From positions 10,485 through 74,484 of the forward strand of contig CAYYWY010000003.1 of NCBI GenBank assembly GCA_964475485.1: DNA of 64,000 nucleotides, given 5' to 3'. Of the stretch, positions 41,050 to 50,728 are shown piece by piece (positions within the stretch are counted from its first letter, which is position 1; each line of letters starts with the position of its first letter). A program made the position numbers and the translations under genes. The notes under the pieces are model-generated. The model worked only from the letters and a program-made list of their open reading frames with translations. It ran no database searches and was not told where the DNA came from. The stretch comes from an uncultured Nitrospiraceae bacterium (GTDB lineage: Bacteria > Nitrospirota > Thermodesulfovibrionia > Thermodesulfovibrionales > UBA9159).

Positions 41050-41177
41050 ACCTGTAGGACAAAGACCTACACGGAAAAGCAGGGAAAATCCTACAAAAAA
41101 ATCCGAATCCTGCTGATACCCCTTTGTATTCCTGCCGGCTATGATTATGCTAATCACTCATTTGGAAGGAGAAGACC

Positions 41178-41477
41178 ATGAGTTTGCGAGCCCTATCAGA
41201 GGCGATAATACTTCAGTCCGCCGAGGATCTCTTGAGTGCGGCCCACAGAAAAGAGGGGATTGATTTTTTCAGCGGGGAAGGGTTCAGGGTTTGCGCAGAG
41301 ATGGCAGGGATGACCTTTGATGAAAAGCTCTCCTTTCTCAACATGCTTTTGGGATGCATTGCCTCAGGCAGAAAGATGATCGAGTGTTCGAGTGAGTTGA
41401 TTGGAGGGGATAAGGGAGGCCGGAGGTGGGTCCCTTCTCAGAGGAGCAGGAAAAGCGCCCTTCTGAATGCAGTCTGA
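41178..41477 (+). CDS. hypothetical protein
   Basis: 99-aa ORF with RBS GGAAGGAG upstream. No family recognised. Confidence 0.45.
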   Translation: MSLRALSEAIILQSAEDLLSAAHRKEGIDFFSGEGFRVCAEMAGMTFDEKLSFLNMLLGCIASGRKMIECSSELIGGDKGGRRWVPSQRSRKSALLNAV

Positions 41478-41503
41478 AAAAACTGCGTATTATCTTTGAA
41501 TGC

Positions 41504-43238
41504 TCAATGAGCCTTACTTTTGACCGGGAGTCTCACTGTAATCATCGTGCCCGCGTTCCTCTCCCCCCTGATTTCTACGTCTCCCCCCAGAAATGCGCCC
41601 GCTCCTGAATGCCGATGAGACCGAAAGACTGGGGGCTGTATATCTGCTCTTCTGTAATCCCTTTTCCGTTATCCCGGATGCTCAGATGAATTAAGCCGTC
41701 CCTCGCTTCAAGACATACCTTGACTTTCGTTGCTTCCGCATGCCGGACAACGTTGGTGAGTGTCTCCTGGAAGATGCGGAAAACAGTGGTGGAACGGTCC
41801 CTGTCCATGGTGATGTCTTCCGGATCGAATTTCAATTCGCATTCAATCCCGCTCCTTTTCTGGAACTCCTCCGCCTGCCATTCGATGGCGGCGGTGAGGC
41901 CGAGGTCGTCAAGCACAACGGGCCGCAGCTCCGCAGAGATCCTCTTCACCGTCCTGATAGTGGAATCGATGAGATGTATCATGGACCTCGTTTTTTCGGC
42001 AAGGGGTTCGTGGTCCCTGTATTTGTTTCCAAGCCAGGAAACGTCCATCTTGAGCGCGGTCAATGTCTGGCCAAGTTCGTCATGTATCTCCCGGGCGATA
42101 TTCGTCCTTTCCTCTTCTCTCACGGACTGCAAATAGGCCGAGAGGCTGCGCAGCTGTTCACGCGACCTTCTCAACTGCTCCTCAGCAGTCTTGCGCTCCG
42201 TAATGTCCCGGCAATTGATAACGAGCTTGCCCACGCTCCTGTCATGGAGCCTGTTGTCTGCTATAACTTCCATTTGGCGCCAGTGGCCGCCGGCATGGCG
42301 GAAGCGGAATTCTGACTGGGGAGAAACCCCGGGATTCTGAAGACAGGCGGCAAGATATTCCCGCATCTCGGTGACTTCATCAGGGATGACGATTTCCGTG
42401 AACTGAGTGCTTATCAGTTCTTCGGGTCTGTATCCGAGAGTCCGGTGCACGGAAGCGCTTACGTAGGATACAGTTGTCCGGGTGTCAAGGAGGATGATTA
42501 TATCGGAGGCGTTCTGGATGAGGGAACGGAAACGTTCCTCGCTCCAGCGAAGCGCCCGCTGCTCTGCTGTCATGAGTTCCACGGCCTGGCGTGCTCTCTG
42601 GAATCTCCAGAAGAGAAGCCCGATCATCGCCGCAGCGCCGAGGAATACGAGCACGGAGATAATGAAAGCGGAACGGTCATTGTCCATTGCCTCACGGTTG
42701 AAGGCCACATTCATGGCAGTGATAGCCTGACTGAGCCTGTCGAAAGCAGCTTCTGCAAACTCTCTGTTCAAGGGTTCAGCCCGGGCCGGCTTTCCTCCCG
42801 CAATAAGCTGCATCTCTTCCTTCACTGCGGCCTCGTAGTGCGATATGCAGCCAGCACCTCCTCCAGCCGTCTCTCCGAAGGGTTGAAGTCCATCAGCTCG
42901 GCAAATGTCCTCATCATCTGGTCGCGGACCTTCTCCATCTCGGCGACGATTCTTGGGCTGAGGCGCTGGGTAACAGCCGCCTGCCATTCGAGGTAGTTCA
43001 GACGTTGGGATTGCCCTTTAAGGATGGCGGGGAGAAGTTGAGTCCTGTGGCTCTTTGCGGCCTGCTCACGGAGCATACCTATAGTGACCACTGCCGCTAC
43101 AGCCACCACAAGGGTCGCGATCAGGACTGATAATCCGGATATCCTGCGTCCGCCAGTCCCCGGAAGCATATTGGGTTCACTGTCTCTTCTATCCATCTGC
43201 ACTCCAGCGTCAGAAGGAAGAGGACCCGGCTTTTTCAT
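41504..43238 (-). pseudogene. PAS / HisKA_3 / HATPase_c sensor histidine kinase interrupted by two frameshifts
   Basis: It reads in three frames. (a) 43238-42822: TM1 plus a periplasmic helical region. (b) 42987-41575: TM2, PAS, H-box IAREIHDELGQ and part of the ATPase, ending IQERAHFWGET*. (c) The +2 frame continues as FLGGDVEIRGERGTRARMITVRLPV to a stop at 41504, which is the expected G2-box/C-terminus. Frame switches are near 42840-42850 and 41590-41600. Confidence 0.7.
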
Positions 43239-43297
43239 GCGATCAAATATATATATCCCTGATCCAGTGATAACAGAACCAATACGTTGCCAGGACG

Positions 43298-43401
43298 GTC
43301 ATTGCGAGCACCCAACGGGTGCGTGGCAATCTCATTAGGAAAGGCGGGATTTCTTCGTTTCGCCCGCAATGACATTATCGCTTCTTATCGCTGGACTTGG
43401 G
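43298..43401. repeat. dispersed ~100-bp palindromic (REP/MITE-like) element, copy 2
   Basis: Same orientation and block order as 32456-32553. Arms TCATTGCG / CGCAATGA are inverted. Contains an extra 7-nt TTATCGC duplication (43375-43381). Confidence 0.75.
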
Positions 43402-43595
43402 TATATATATTAATAATATTCAGATTCCCCGCCTATTACAATAGAATAAATTCCCTGAGTGAAGCACCTCCCGTTTGGGGAGGGGCCTTCAATGCCGGGC
43501 CTTTCAGGCGAAGGTGTCTCGCGGGGGAAAAGCTTGAAAAAAATGAAAAAAAACCTGTATTATGAATATCTTCACATAGAAGATGAGGAGTATTC

Positions 43596-44672
43596 ATGAG
43601 TGAACTGAAAAAGCTTCGGAATGAGATCGACGACATCGACGAAGAGATACTGAACCTCTTGAACCGGAGGGCCGAGATCGTTATCGAGGTGGCCAGGATA
43701 AAGAGGAAGGAGAACGCGCGTTTCTATTCGCCCGAACGGGAAAAGGAAATCTTGCAGAGGCTCATATCACTCAACAAGGGGCCCTTTCCGAACAGCGCGA
43801 TCAAGCCGCTTTATAGAGAGATACTTTCGGCTTCTCTTTCACTTGAGCAACCGTTGAAGGTCTCCTATTTCGGACCCGTCGCCACATTCACGCACCTTGC
43901 CGCCATGAGATATTTCGGATCTTCGGCAAGCTTTGTGCCTGTTGAAGGGATCAAGGACGTTTTCGAATCTGTGTATTCGGGACAGGCTGAATACGGCGTG
44001 GTGCCGGTGGAGAATTCCAACGAGGGCGTCGTCAGCTATACCCTCGACATGTTTATGGACTATGACCTGAAGATATCGGGCGAGGTTATGCTGAAGATAT
44101 CACATAATTTGCTTTCCAGGAGCGGGGACAAATCGAAGATAAGCAGGATATACTCCCATCCCCAGCCCACGGCCCAGTGCCGCAAGTGGCTGGAAAGGAA
44201 TATGCCCGGGATACCTATTATCGAGTCGACGAGCACTGCCAGGGCTGCGGAAATGGCTTCGAAGGAAGACGACGCGGCTGCGATTGCCAGCGAGGTTGCC
44301 GCGAAGATATATGACCTGCACTTTGTGGAACGCCACATAGAGGATTTCAAAGACAATTACACGCGTTTCCTTATCATCAGCTGGGAGCCATCGAAGAGGA
44401 CGGGCAGGGACAAGACCTCTATCATGTTTTCGACAAAGGACAGGCCGGGCGCGCTCTTTACGATTCTTGAGCCGTTCAAGTCGGCAAGGATCAACCTTAC
44501 AAAGATCGAGTCGCGGCCCTCAAAGAGAAAGGCATGGGAGTATATCTTCTTTGTGGATATGGAGGGGCATATCGATGACAGGAAGGTGAAAACTGCCATC
44601 GAGAAGGTGAAGGAGGGATGCCTCTATCTGAAGATTCTCGGCTCCTACCCTGCAGGAGAGACAAATGATTAA
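43596..44672 (+). CDS. pheA: bifunctional chorismate mutase / prephenate dehydratase (P-protein)
   Basis: 358 aa. CM helix LRNEIDDIDEEILNLLNRRAEI, a PDT domain, and an ACT domain with the TKIESRPS motif. SD GAGGAG. Confidence 0.95.
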   Translation: MSELKKLRNEIDDIDEEILNLLNRRAEIVIEVARIKRKENARFYSPEREKEILQRLISLNKGPFPNSAIKPLYREILSASLSLEQPLKVSYFGPVATFTHLAAMRYFGSSASFVPVEGIKDVFESVYSGQAEYGVVPVENSNEGVVSYTLDMFMDYDLKISGEVMLKISHNLLSRSGDKSKISRIYSHPQPTAQCRKWLERNMPGIPIIESTSTARAAEMASKEDDAAAIASEVAAKIYDLHFVERHIEDFKDNYTRFLIISWEPSKRTGRDKTSIMFSTKDRPGALFTILEPFKSARINLTKIESRPSKRKAWEYIFFVDMEGHIDDRKVKTAIEKVKEGCLYLKILGSYPAGETND

Positions 44673-45738
44673 ACCCCCGGAGTATGTTTCTGCCATCCGA
44701 CCCTATGTGCCCGGCAAGCCAGTCGAGGAACTGGAGAGGGAACTCGGTATCAGGGGTTCGATCAAACTGGCCTCCAATGAAAACCCTCTTGGTCCCTCTC
44801 CCATGGCTCTTGAAGCGGTCAAGGGGGTTGCCAAAGACCTCAACCGATATCCCGACGGAGGCGGTTATTACTTGAAGAACGCCCTTTCCGCCAGGCTGTC
44901 TGTTTCATCCGAAAACATCATCCTGGGGAACGGCTCCAACGAGCTTCTGGATATTGCGGCAAGGACGTATATGAGGCCAGGAGACGATGCGGTCATGGCG
45001 ACCCCGTCATTTGTAGTATATGCCATGTCTGTGCAGTCCATGGGATGCAGGGCGATCCAGGTCCCTTTAAAGGAATACGCCCATGACCTGAGTGGCATGC
45101 TCGAAGCGGTTACTGAGAAGACGAGGATCGTCTTTATCGCAAACCCCAACAATCCCACAGGTACCATTAACAGGAAGTCTGAGTTCGACGTCTTTATGGA
45201 GATGCTGCCTGAGGATGTCCTGACAATTGTGGACGAGGCGTATTACGAATATGTCTCGCACCCGGAATACGCTGACAGCATGAAATGGTTCCGGAAAGGA
45301 AAGGACGTACTGATTCTGAGGACTTTTTCGAAGATATTCGGCCTCGCGGGTCTGAGGATCGGCTACGGGATTGCAAGGGGCGGGATAATTACCGAGATGA
45401 ACAAGCTTAGGCCGCCGTTTAATACCAACTCTATGGCACAGGCGGCTGCCATGGGCGCCCTGGACGATACAATGCACGTCGAGAGATCCCGCGAGATAAA
45501 CGAGGAGGGGAAAAGGTATCTTTACACGGAGCTTCGGAAGCTCGGATTTGCGTATGTTCCCACTGAGGCGAATTTCGTTTATATTCCTGTCGAGGACTCC
45601 GCCGTGCTTTATGAGAGGCTTCTCAGGGAAGGCGTTATTGTGAGGCCGATGGGACCGAAGGCCCTGCGGGTTACAATAGGGCTTCCCGATGAGAATTTCC
45701 GGTTCATCGAAGCGCTCGAATCAGTCGTCAGGTCGTGA
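44665..45738 (+). CDS. hisC: histidinol-phosphate / aromatic aminotransferase
   Basis: 357 aa. Class II aminotransferase with PLP-Lys context RTFSKIFGLAGLRIGY. Overlaps pheA by 8 nt. Confidence 0.9.
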   Translation: MIKPPEYVSAIRPYVPGKPVEELERELGIRGSIKLASNENPLGPSPMALEAVKGVAKDLNRYPDGGGYYLKNALSARLSVSSENIILGNGSNELLDIAARTYMRPGDDAVMATPSFVVYAMSVQSMGCRAIQVPLKEYAHDLSGMLEAVTEKTRIVFIANPNNPTGTINRKSEFDVFMEMLPEDVLTIVDEAYYEYVSHPEYADSMKWFRKGKDVLILRTFSKIFGLAGLRIGYGIARGGIITEMNKLRPPFNTNSMAQAAAMGALDDTMHVERSREINEEGKRYLYTELRKLGFAYVPTEANFVYIPVEDSAVLYERLLREGVIVRPMGPKALRVTIGLPDENFRFIEALESVVRS

Positions 45739-45757
45739 TGTATAGGGACACCCGCAG

Positions 45758-45778
45758 TGAGAAATGAGAAGTGAGAAA
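45758..45778. repeat. heptanucleotide tandem repeat TGAGAAA-TGAGAAG-TGAGAAA in the hisC-aroF spacer
   Basis: Read directly from the sequence: three head-to-tail 7-nt units. Confidence 0.7.
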
Positions 45779-45834
45779 TATCTGCTTCCTGCTTATTGGT
45801 TCCCAATTCCTATTTCTTTGAAAGGGAGGAAGAA

Positions 45835-46857
45835 ATGGATATTATCGTTTTGAGACCGGATGCCACCGAAGAGGCCCTCAGGCATATCGTCAAGAAGCTC
45901 GAGTCAAGGGGGTTGAGCGCGCATGTGTCCAAGGGCACCGAACGGACGATTATCGGTGTCATCGGTGATACATCGAAGGTAACAGAGGAGGAAGAGGATG
46001 CCTTCAGGGCTATTGCCGGCGTTGAAGACGTGATGAGGATCATCAAGCCTTACAAGCTTGCGAGCAGGGAATTCAAGGCCTCAACGGTCATCACGGTGAA
46101 GGACAGGAGCATCGGCGGCAAGAAGATATCCGTTGTCGCCGGGCCGTGCGCGGTCGAGAACAGGACCCTGATCATGAATATCGCAGAGAAGGTGAAGGAG
46201 GCGGGAGCCTCTTTTGTGAGGGGAGGGGCATTTAAACCCCGCACCTCGCCCTATTCCTTCCAGGGACTTGGCGAGGAAGGGCTGAAATACCTTGCCGAGG
46301 CAAGGGAAAGGACCGGACTGCCCGTAGTTACGGAATTGATGGACCCGAGGGATATCGAGATTATGGTGAAGTACGCCGACGTCATCCAGATAGGAGCCAG
46401 AAACATGCAGAACTTCAGGCTGCTCCTTGAGGTAGGATCGGTAAGCAAGCCCGTGCTGCTGAAGCGGGGTCTTTCAGCCACCATAAAGGAGTGGCTTATG
46501 TCCGCCGAATATATCATGTCGCGTGGCAACCTGCAGGTGATTCTTTGCGAGAGGGGCATAAGGACCTTTGAGACGGCGACCCGCAATACCCTGGATCTGA
46601 GCGCCGTGCCTCTGCTGAAGCAGTTGACACATCTTCCCGTGGTGGTTGATCCCAGCCACGGCGTAGGGAAATGGGACCTCGTTGCTCCGATGGCGAAAGC
46701 CGCGGTGGCAGCCGGTGCCGATGGCCTGCTCATTGAGGTCCACACCAATCCGGAGGAGGCGATGTCCGACGGGGAGCAGTCGCTGAAGCCAGACGCTTTC
46801 AGGAAACTCATGGAGGAACTCAAGCCCGTTGCTTCGGCTGTAGGAAGGGAGATATGA
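45835..46857 (+). CDS. aroF: 3-deoxy-7-phosphoheptulonate (DAHP) synthase, type I-beta with N-terminal regulatory domain
   Basis: Catalytic blocks [17 protein letters not shown] and DPSH, preceded by a ~70-aa ferredoxin-like domain ([13 protein letters not shown]...). ATG 45835 follows RBS AGGGAGGA. Confidence 0.9.
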   Translation: MDIIVLRPDATEEALRHIVKKLESRGLSAHVSKGTERTIIGVIGDTSKVTEEEEDAFRAIAGVEDVMRIIKPYKLASREFKASTVITVKDRSIGGKKISVVAGPCAVENRTLIMNIAEKVKEAGASFVRGGAFKPRTSPYSFQGLGEEGLKYLAEARERTGLPVVTELMDPRDIEIMVKYADVIQIGARNMQNFRLLLEVGSVSKPVLLKRGLSATIKEWLMSAEYIMSRGNLQVILCERGIRTFETATRNTLDLSAVPLLKQLTHLPVVVDPSHGVGKWDLVAPMAKAAVAAGADGLLIEVHTNPEEAMSDGEQSLKPDAFRKLMEELKPVASAVGREI

Positions 46858-46863
46858 GGAGAG

Positions 46864-47718
46864 ATGTTCTTCGGTAAAGTTACGGTCCTTGGCGTAGGCC
46901 TCATGGGCGCATCCTTTGCGCTCGCAATGAGAAAAAGAAGACTCTGCAACCATATAGCCGGCTATGGAAGGAAAGAGTCCAACCTCCTCAGGGCCCAGGA
47001 GATGGGGATTATCGATTCTTTCAGCCTCGATCCGGTAGACGCATGTGAGGACTCCGACCTGATAGTTTTTTCGATGCCTCTGGGGGATTTCATCGGAACC
47101 GCAGAACGCATAAAGGATTCGGTGAAAGAGGGAGCAGTTGTGACCGATGTGGGAAGCGTGAAGGGAAGCCTTGTCTATGCACTGGAGAAGATGTTCTCGC
47201 ACAGGGCTTCCTTTGTGGGGTCGCATCCTATCGCCGGTAGTGAGAAGTCCGGGATAGAGACCGCGGACGGAGATCTCTTCAAGGGAAGCCGGTGCATCAT
47301 AACGCCCACTGAAGAGACGGACGAGAAAGCAGCGCAAGAGGTGGAGAAGCTCTGGCAAGGCCTCGGCGCCGAAGTGTCGGTGATGAGTCCGGAGGAACAC
47401 GACAGGGTGTTCGGTATAGTGAGCCATCTCCCCCACGTCATTGCCTATGAGATTGTGAATACCGCAGACGAGATTGACGGCTCATACCTCGCCTTTTCAG
47501 GGAAGGGTTTCAGGGATATCACGAGGATCGCTGCCAGTTCTCCCGAGGTGTGGAGGGACATCTGCATGTTCAACAGGGAGAACCTGGTGCATTTCATAGA
47601 TGTCTTCGTCGGGAAGCTCGAAAAGGTGAGGGAATACCTCGTGCAGTCGGATGCTGAATCGCTCGAAAGGGAATTTCAAAAGGCAAAAATCCTGAGGGAT
47701 GCGTGTGGACAGGATTGA
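46864..47718 (+). CDS. tyrA: prephenate dehydrogenase
   Basis: 284 aa with Rossmann fold VTVLGVGLMGASFALA and catalytic block GSHPIAGSE. Confidence 0.9.
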   Translation: MFFGKVTVLGVGLMGASFALAMRKRRLCNHIAGYGRKESNLLRAQEMGIIDSFSLDPVDACEDSDLIVFSMPLGDFIGTAERIKDSVKEGAVVTDVGSVKGSLVYALEKMFSHRASFVGSHPIAGSEKSGIETADGDLFKGSRCIITPTEETDEKAAQEVEKLWQGLGAEVSVMSPEEHDRVFGIVSHLPHVIAYEIVNTADEIDGSYLAFSGKGFRDITRIAASSPEVWRDICMFNRENLVHFIDVFVGKLEKVREYLVQSDAESLEREFQKAKILRDACGQD

Positions 47719-48994
47719 ACTTCGGCCTGTGAATTCCCTCAGGGGAGAAATTGCCCCGCCGCCCGACAAATCGGTTTCCCACAGGGCGGTCATGTTCTCT
47801 TCCATAGGAAGGGGCAAGAGCCTCGTTAGGAACTTCCTCAGGGCGGAGGATACCCTGAGCACGGTTACTGCTTTCAGGATGCTGGGCGTTGACATAGAAG
47901 ATCTGGGAGAAGAACTCGCCATACGCGGCAATGGAATTTACGGCCTCAAAGAACCTGACAATGTTATCGATTGCCGTAACTCAGGGACGACCATGAGGCT
48001 TCTTTCAGGGGTGTTGTGCGGCAGCCCTTTTTTCTCGGCAGTGACAGGAGACGATTCACTAAGAAAAAGGCCGATGCAACGCATTGTCGTTCCGCTAAGG
48101 CAGATGGGCGCCGAAATCATGGGAAGGGACAGCGACCGGTATCCTCCGCTTGCCATCAAGGGAAAGAGACTGAACCCCATCAGGTACAGGCTGCCTGTTG
48201 CCAGCGCACAGGTGAAGTCTGCCATCCTTCTGGCTGGCCTTTATGCAGACGGTGAAACAGAGATCATCGAACCGTTGAAATCCAGGGACCATACGGAGAG
48301 GATGCTGCCTGCCTTTGGCGCCGATGTGACTGTGGAAGGACTTTCAGTGAAGGTGAGGGGTATAGCAGAGCTTCATGGGAGGGAAACGGTCGTTCCCGGG
48401 GACTTCTCCTCCGCCGCATTCTTCATCGTTGCGGCCCTTCTCCTGAAGGGCTCGGAGATAACTGTAAGAAAAGTGGGAATAAATCCCACAAGGACGGGCC
48501 TGCTGAACGTCCTGAAAAGAATGGGCGCCGAGATTGCCATAGAAAATACCCATGAGGTTTCCGGGGAGCCGGTAGCGGATATCTCATGCAGGGCGGAAAG
48601 AGGGCTGAAGGCGGTGGATGTTGAGCCTGATGAGATGCCACTCCTTATCGATGAGTTCCCAATACTATGTGTGGCTGCAACACGGGCCGAAGGAGTTACC
48701 ACAATAAGGGGAGCCGGGGAACTCCGGGTGAAGGAATCCGACAGGATCAGGGGCATGGCGGTGGAGCTGAGGAAACTCGGGGCCGAGATAGAGGAACATC
48801 CCGACGGGGTCAGCATAAGGGGCAAACCGGCGTTGAAGGGCGCTGAAGTGGAGACATACGGCGACCACAGGATAGCGATGTCCCTTTCCGTGGCAGCATT
48901 GAACGCAGAAGGAAAGACTACGATGGCGAATGCATCGTGCGTTGATATCTCGTTCCCGGGTTTTTTCGAAGAGTTGAGAAGGTTGAGCCGGTGA
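47699..48994 (+). CDS. aroA: 3-phosphoshikimate 1-carboxyvinyltransferase (EPSP synthase)
   Basis: 431 aa with NSGTTMRLL, LRVKESDR and DHRIAM motifs. Overlaps tyrA by 20 nt. Confidence 0.95.
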   Translation: MRVDRIELRPVNSLRGEIAPPPDKSVSHRAVMFSSIGRGKSLVRNFLRAEDTLSTVTAFRMLGVDIEDLGEELAIRGNGIYGLKEPDNVIDCRNSGTTMRLLSGVLCGSPFFSAVTGDDSLRKRPMQRIVVPLRQMGAEIMGRDSDRYPPLAIKGKRLNPIRYRLPVASAQVKSAILLAGLYADGETEIIEPLKSRDHTERMLPAFGADVTVEGLSVKVRGIAELHGRETVVPGDFSSAAFFIVAALLLKGSEITVRKVGINPTRTGLLNVLKRMGAEIAIENTHEVSGEPVADISCRAERGLKAVDVEPDEMPLLIDEFPILCVAATRAEGVTTIRGAGELRVKESDRIRGMAVELRKLGAEIEEHPDGVSIRGKPALKGAEVETYGDHRIAMSLSVAALNAEGKTTMANASCVDISFPGFFEELRRLSR

Positions 48995-49129
48995 TGATAT
49001 GTTCAACCCTTCACCGGGGAGAGATAACCCCCTTTTGAGTGCGGGGAGTAAGGTTTCCATTCCTCTGACGGCCATGGCTTGTAGAGGAGAGGGGATAAGG
49101 GGGAGGGTGAATGACGCAAAGGGCTTTCA

Positions 49130-49786
49130 ATGGGTGACGTCATCGCTATAGACGGCCCTTCAGGGGCGGGGAAGAGCACCATCGCGAAGATGCTTGCCGA
49201 GAGGCTTGGGTTTGTCTATCTCGACACCGGCGCACTTTACAGGGCTGCGGCATTATTTCTGCTTTCAAAAGGGATAACGCCTGAGGACAGCGATGAAGTG
49301 CTTTCAAAGGCTCTCGAGCTGGCGGAGGTGCGGTTTGTGGCGGGGAAGGTACTGTTGAACGGAAGGGATGTTTCCTCCGAGATAAGGACGCCTGAAGTCG
49401 GGCATTATTCGTCGGTCTTTTCCGCACGAAGAGTGGTGAGGGACTTTCTTCTTGAGGTGCAGAGGAGGGCATCCCTCGATAACGATCTCGTCGCGGAGGG
49501 CCGCGATACCTCCACTGTGGTATTTCCCGGCGCGCGCAAGAAGTTCTATATGGATGCCTCTGTTGAGGAGCGGACGAAGAGGAGATACAGGCAGCTGAGG
49601 GAGATGGGTCTTGACGTTACTGCCGAGAATGCATTTGAAGACATTGTAAGAAGGGACGAAAGAGACAGGAACAGGGATGTCGCACCCCTGACAAGGGCAA
49701 AAGATGCTATTATAATAGATACTACGGACAAGGGCATCGAGCAGATACTCGAAGGAATTCTTGAAATCATACGGAATGATCCGTAG
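49130..49786 (+). CDS. cmk: cytidylate kinase
   Basis: 218 aa with IAIDGPSGAGKST and YLDTGALYR. Confidence 0.95.
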   Translation: MGDVIAIDGPSGAGKSTIAKMLAERLGFVYLDTGALYRAAALFLLSKGITPEDSDEVLSKALELAEVRFVAGKVLLNGRDVSSEIRTPEVGHYSSVFSARRVVRDFLLEVQRRASLDNDLVAEGRDTSTVVFPGARKKFYMDASVEERTKRRYRQLREMGLDVTAENAFEDIVRRDERDRNRDVAPLTRAKDAIIIDTTDKGIEQILEGILEIIRNDP

Positions 49787-49890
49787 AACGAGATGCCTCA
49801 CCGTAGAAGACATTGTTCTTCTTGTCGTTCTCGCTTGTCCGCGCACAGGCGGATTTGCCGAGGAGAGCCGGGGAGGTTCGTTTCCGAAAA

Positions 49891-50724
49891 ATGGAGATAT
49901 TGGTTGCGAAGGACGCCGGTTTCTGCTTTGGTGTGAAGCGCGCCATAGATATCGCTTTTGCCATAGCAGAAAAGAATGAGGAAGGGGTTTACACTTTTGG
50001 TCCTCTTATCCACAACCCCCAGGTCATCGAAAAGCTGAAGGGAAAGGGCATATCGCCCACGGATGACATTCACAGGGAAGGTATAAGAGTCCTGATCATA
50101 AGGACCCACGGGATACCACTGGACCTCATGCAAAAGGCCAGGGAGGCAGGATATGAGATCATTGATGCCACGTGTCCGTTTGTCACAAAGGCTCAGCATT
50201 ATGCTAAACTTTTGAAGGAAGAGGGCTATCAGGTGATCATCCTGGGAGACAGGGACCATCCCGAGGTCAAAGGGCTGATGAGTTATGCCGGCGACGATGT
50301 CATGGTTATTGACGGGAAGGAAAAACTGCCGGCCCTGAAGAGCAGGGTGGGGATCGTCGTGCAGACAACCCATCCGGTGGAAGGTCTCAAGAGCGTCACG
50401 GGGAAAGTGATTGAGGAATCGAAGGAAATGAAGGTTTATAATACTATCTGCAGTTCCACGGCCCGGAGGCTGAAAGAGACCGGAGAATTGGCGAGAAAGG
50501 TGGATGCCATGGTCGTCGTCGGCGGCAAGAACAGCGCAAACACGACCCAGATTGCAATGCTCTGTGCCTCGATGCCTGTCAGGACATACCATATCGAGAC
50601 CGCAGGCGAGCTGAAAAGGGAATGGTTCGAAGGAGTCAGTAAAGCCGGAATCACTGCGGGGGCATCGACCCCCGACTGGATCATAGACGAAGTGAAGGAA
50701 AGGATTAAGGATATAGGAGGGTGA
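49891..50724 (+). CDS. ispH: 4-hydroxy-3-methylbut-2-enyl diphosphate reductase
   Basis: The three cluster cysteines sit in GFCFGV, DATCPFV and NTICSST. ATG 49891 (MEILVAKDAGFCFGV) preferred over the ORF-track start at 49813. Confidence 0.93.
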   Translation: MEILVAKDAGFCFGVKRAIDIAFAIAEKNEEGVYTFGPLIHNPQVIEKLKGKGISPTDDIHREGIRVLIIRTHGIPLDLMQKAREAGYEIIDATCPFVTKAQHYAKLLKEEGYQVIILGDRDHPEVKGLMSYAGDDVMVIDGKEKLPALKSRVGIVVQTTHPVEGLKSVTGKVIEESKEMKVYNTICSSTARRLKETGELARKVDAMVVVGGKNSANTTQIAMLCASMPVRTYHIETAGELKREWFEGVSKAGITAGASTPDWIIDEVKERIKDIGG

Positions 50725-50728
50725 CAGG

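Noticed and set aside
46251-47436. 232-aa and 320-aa minus-strand ORFs opposite aroF and tyrA
   Set aside because: They are shadow ORFs overlapping two well-supported genes, with no motifs recognised.
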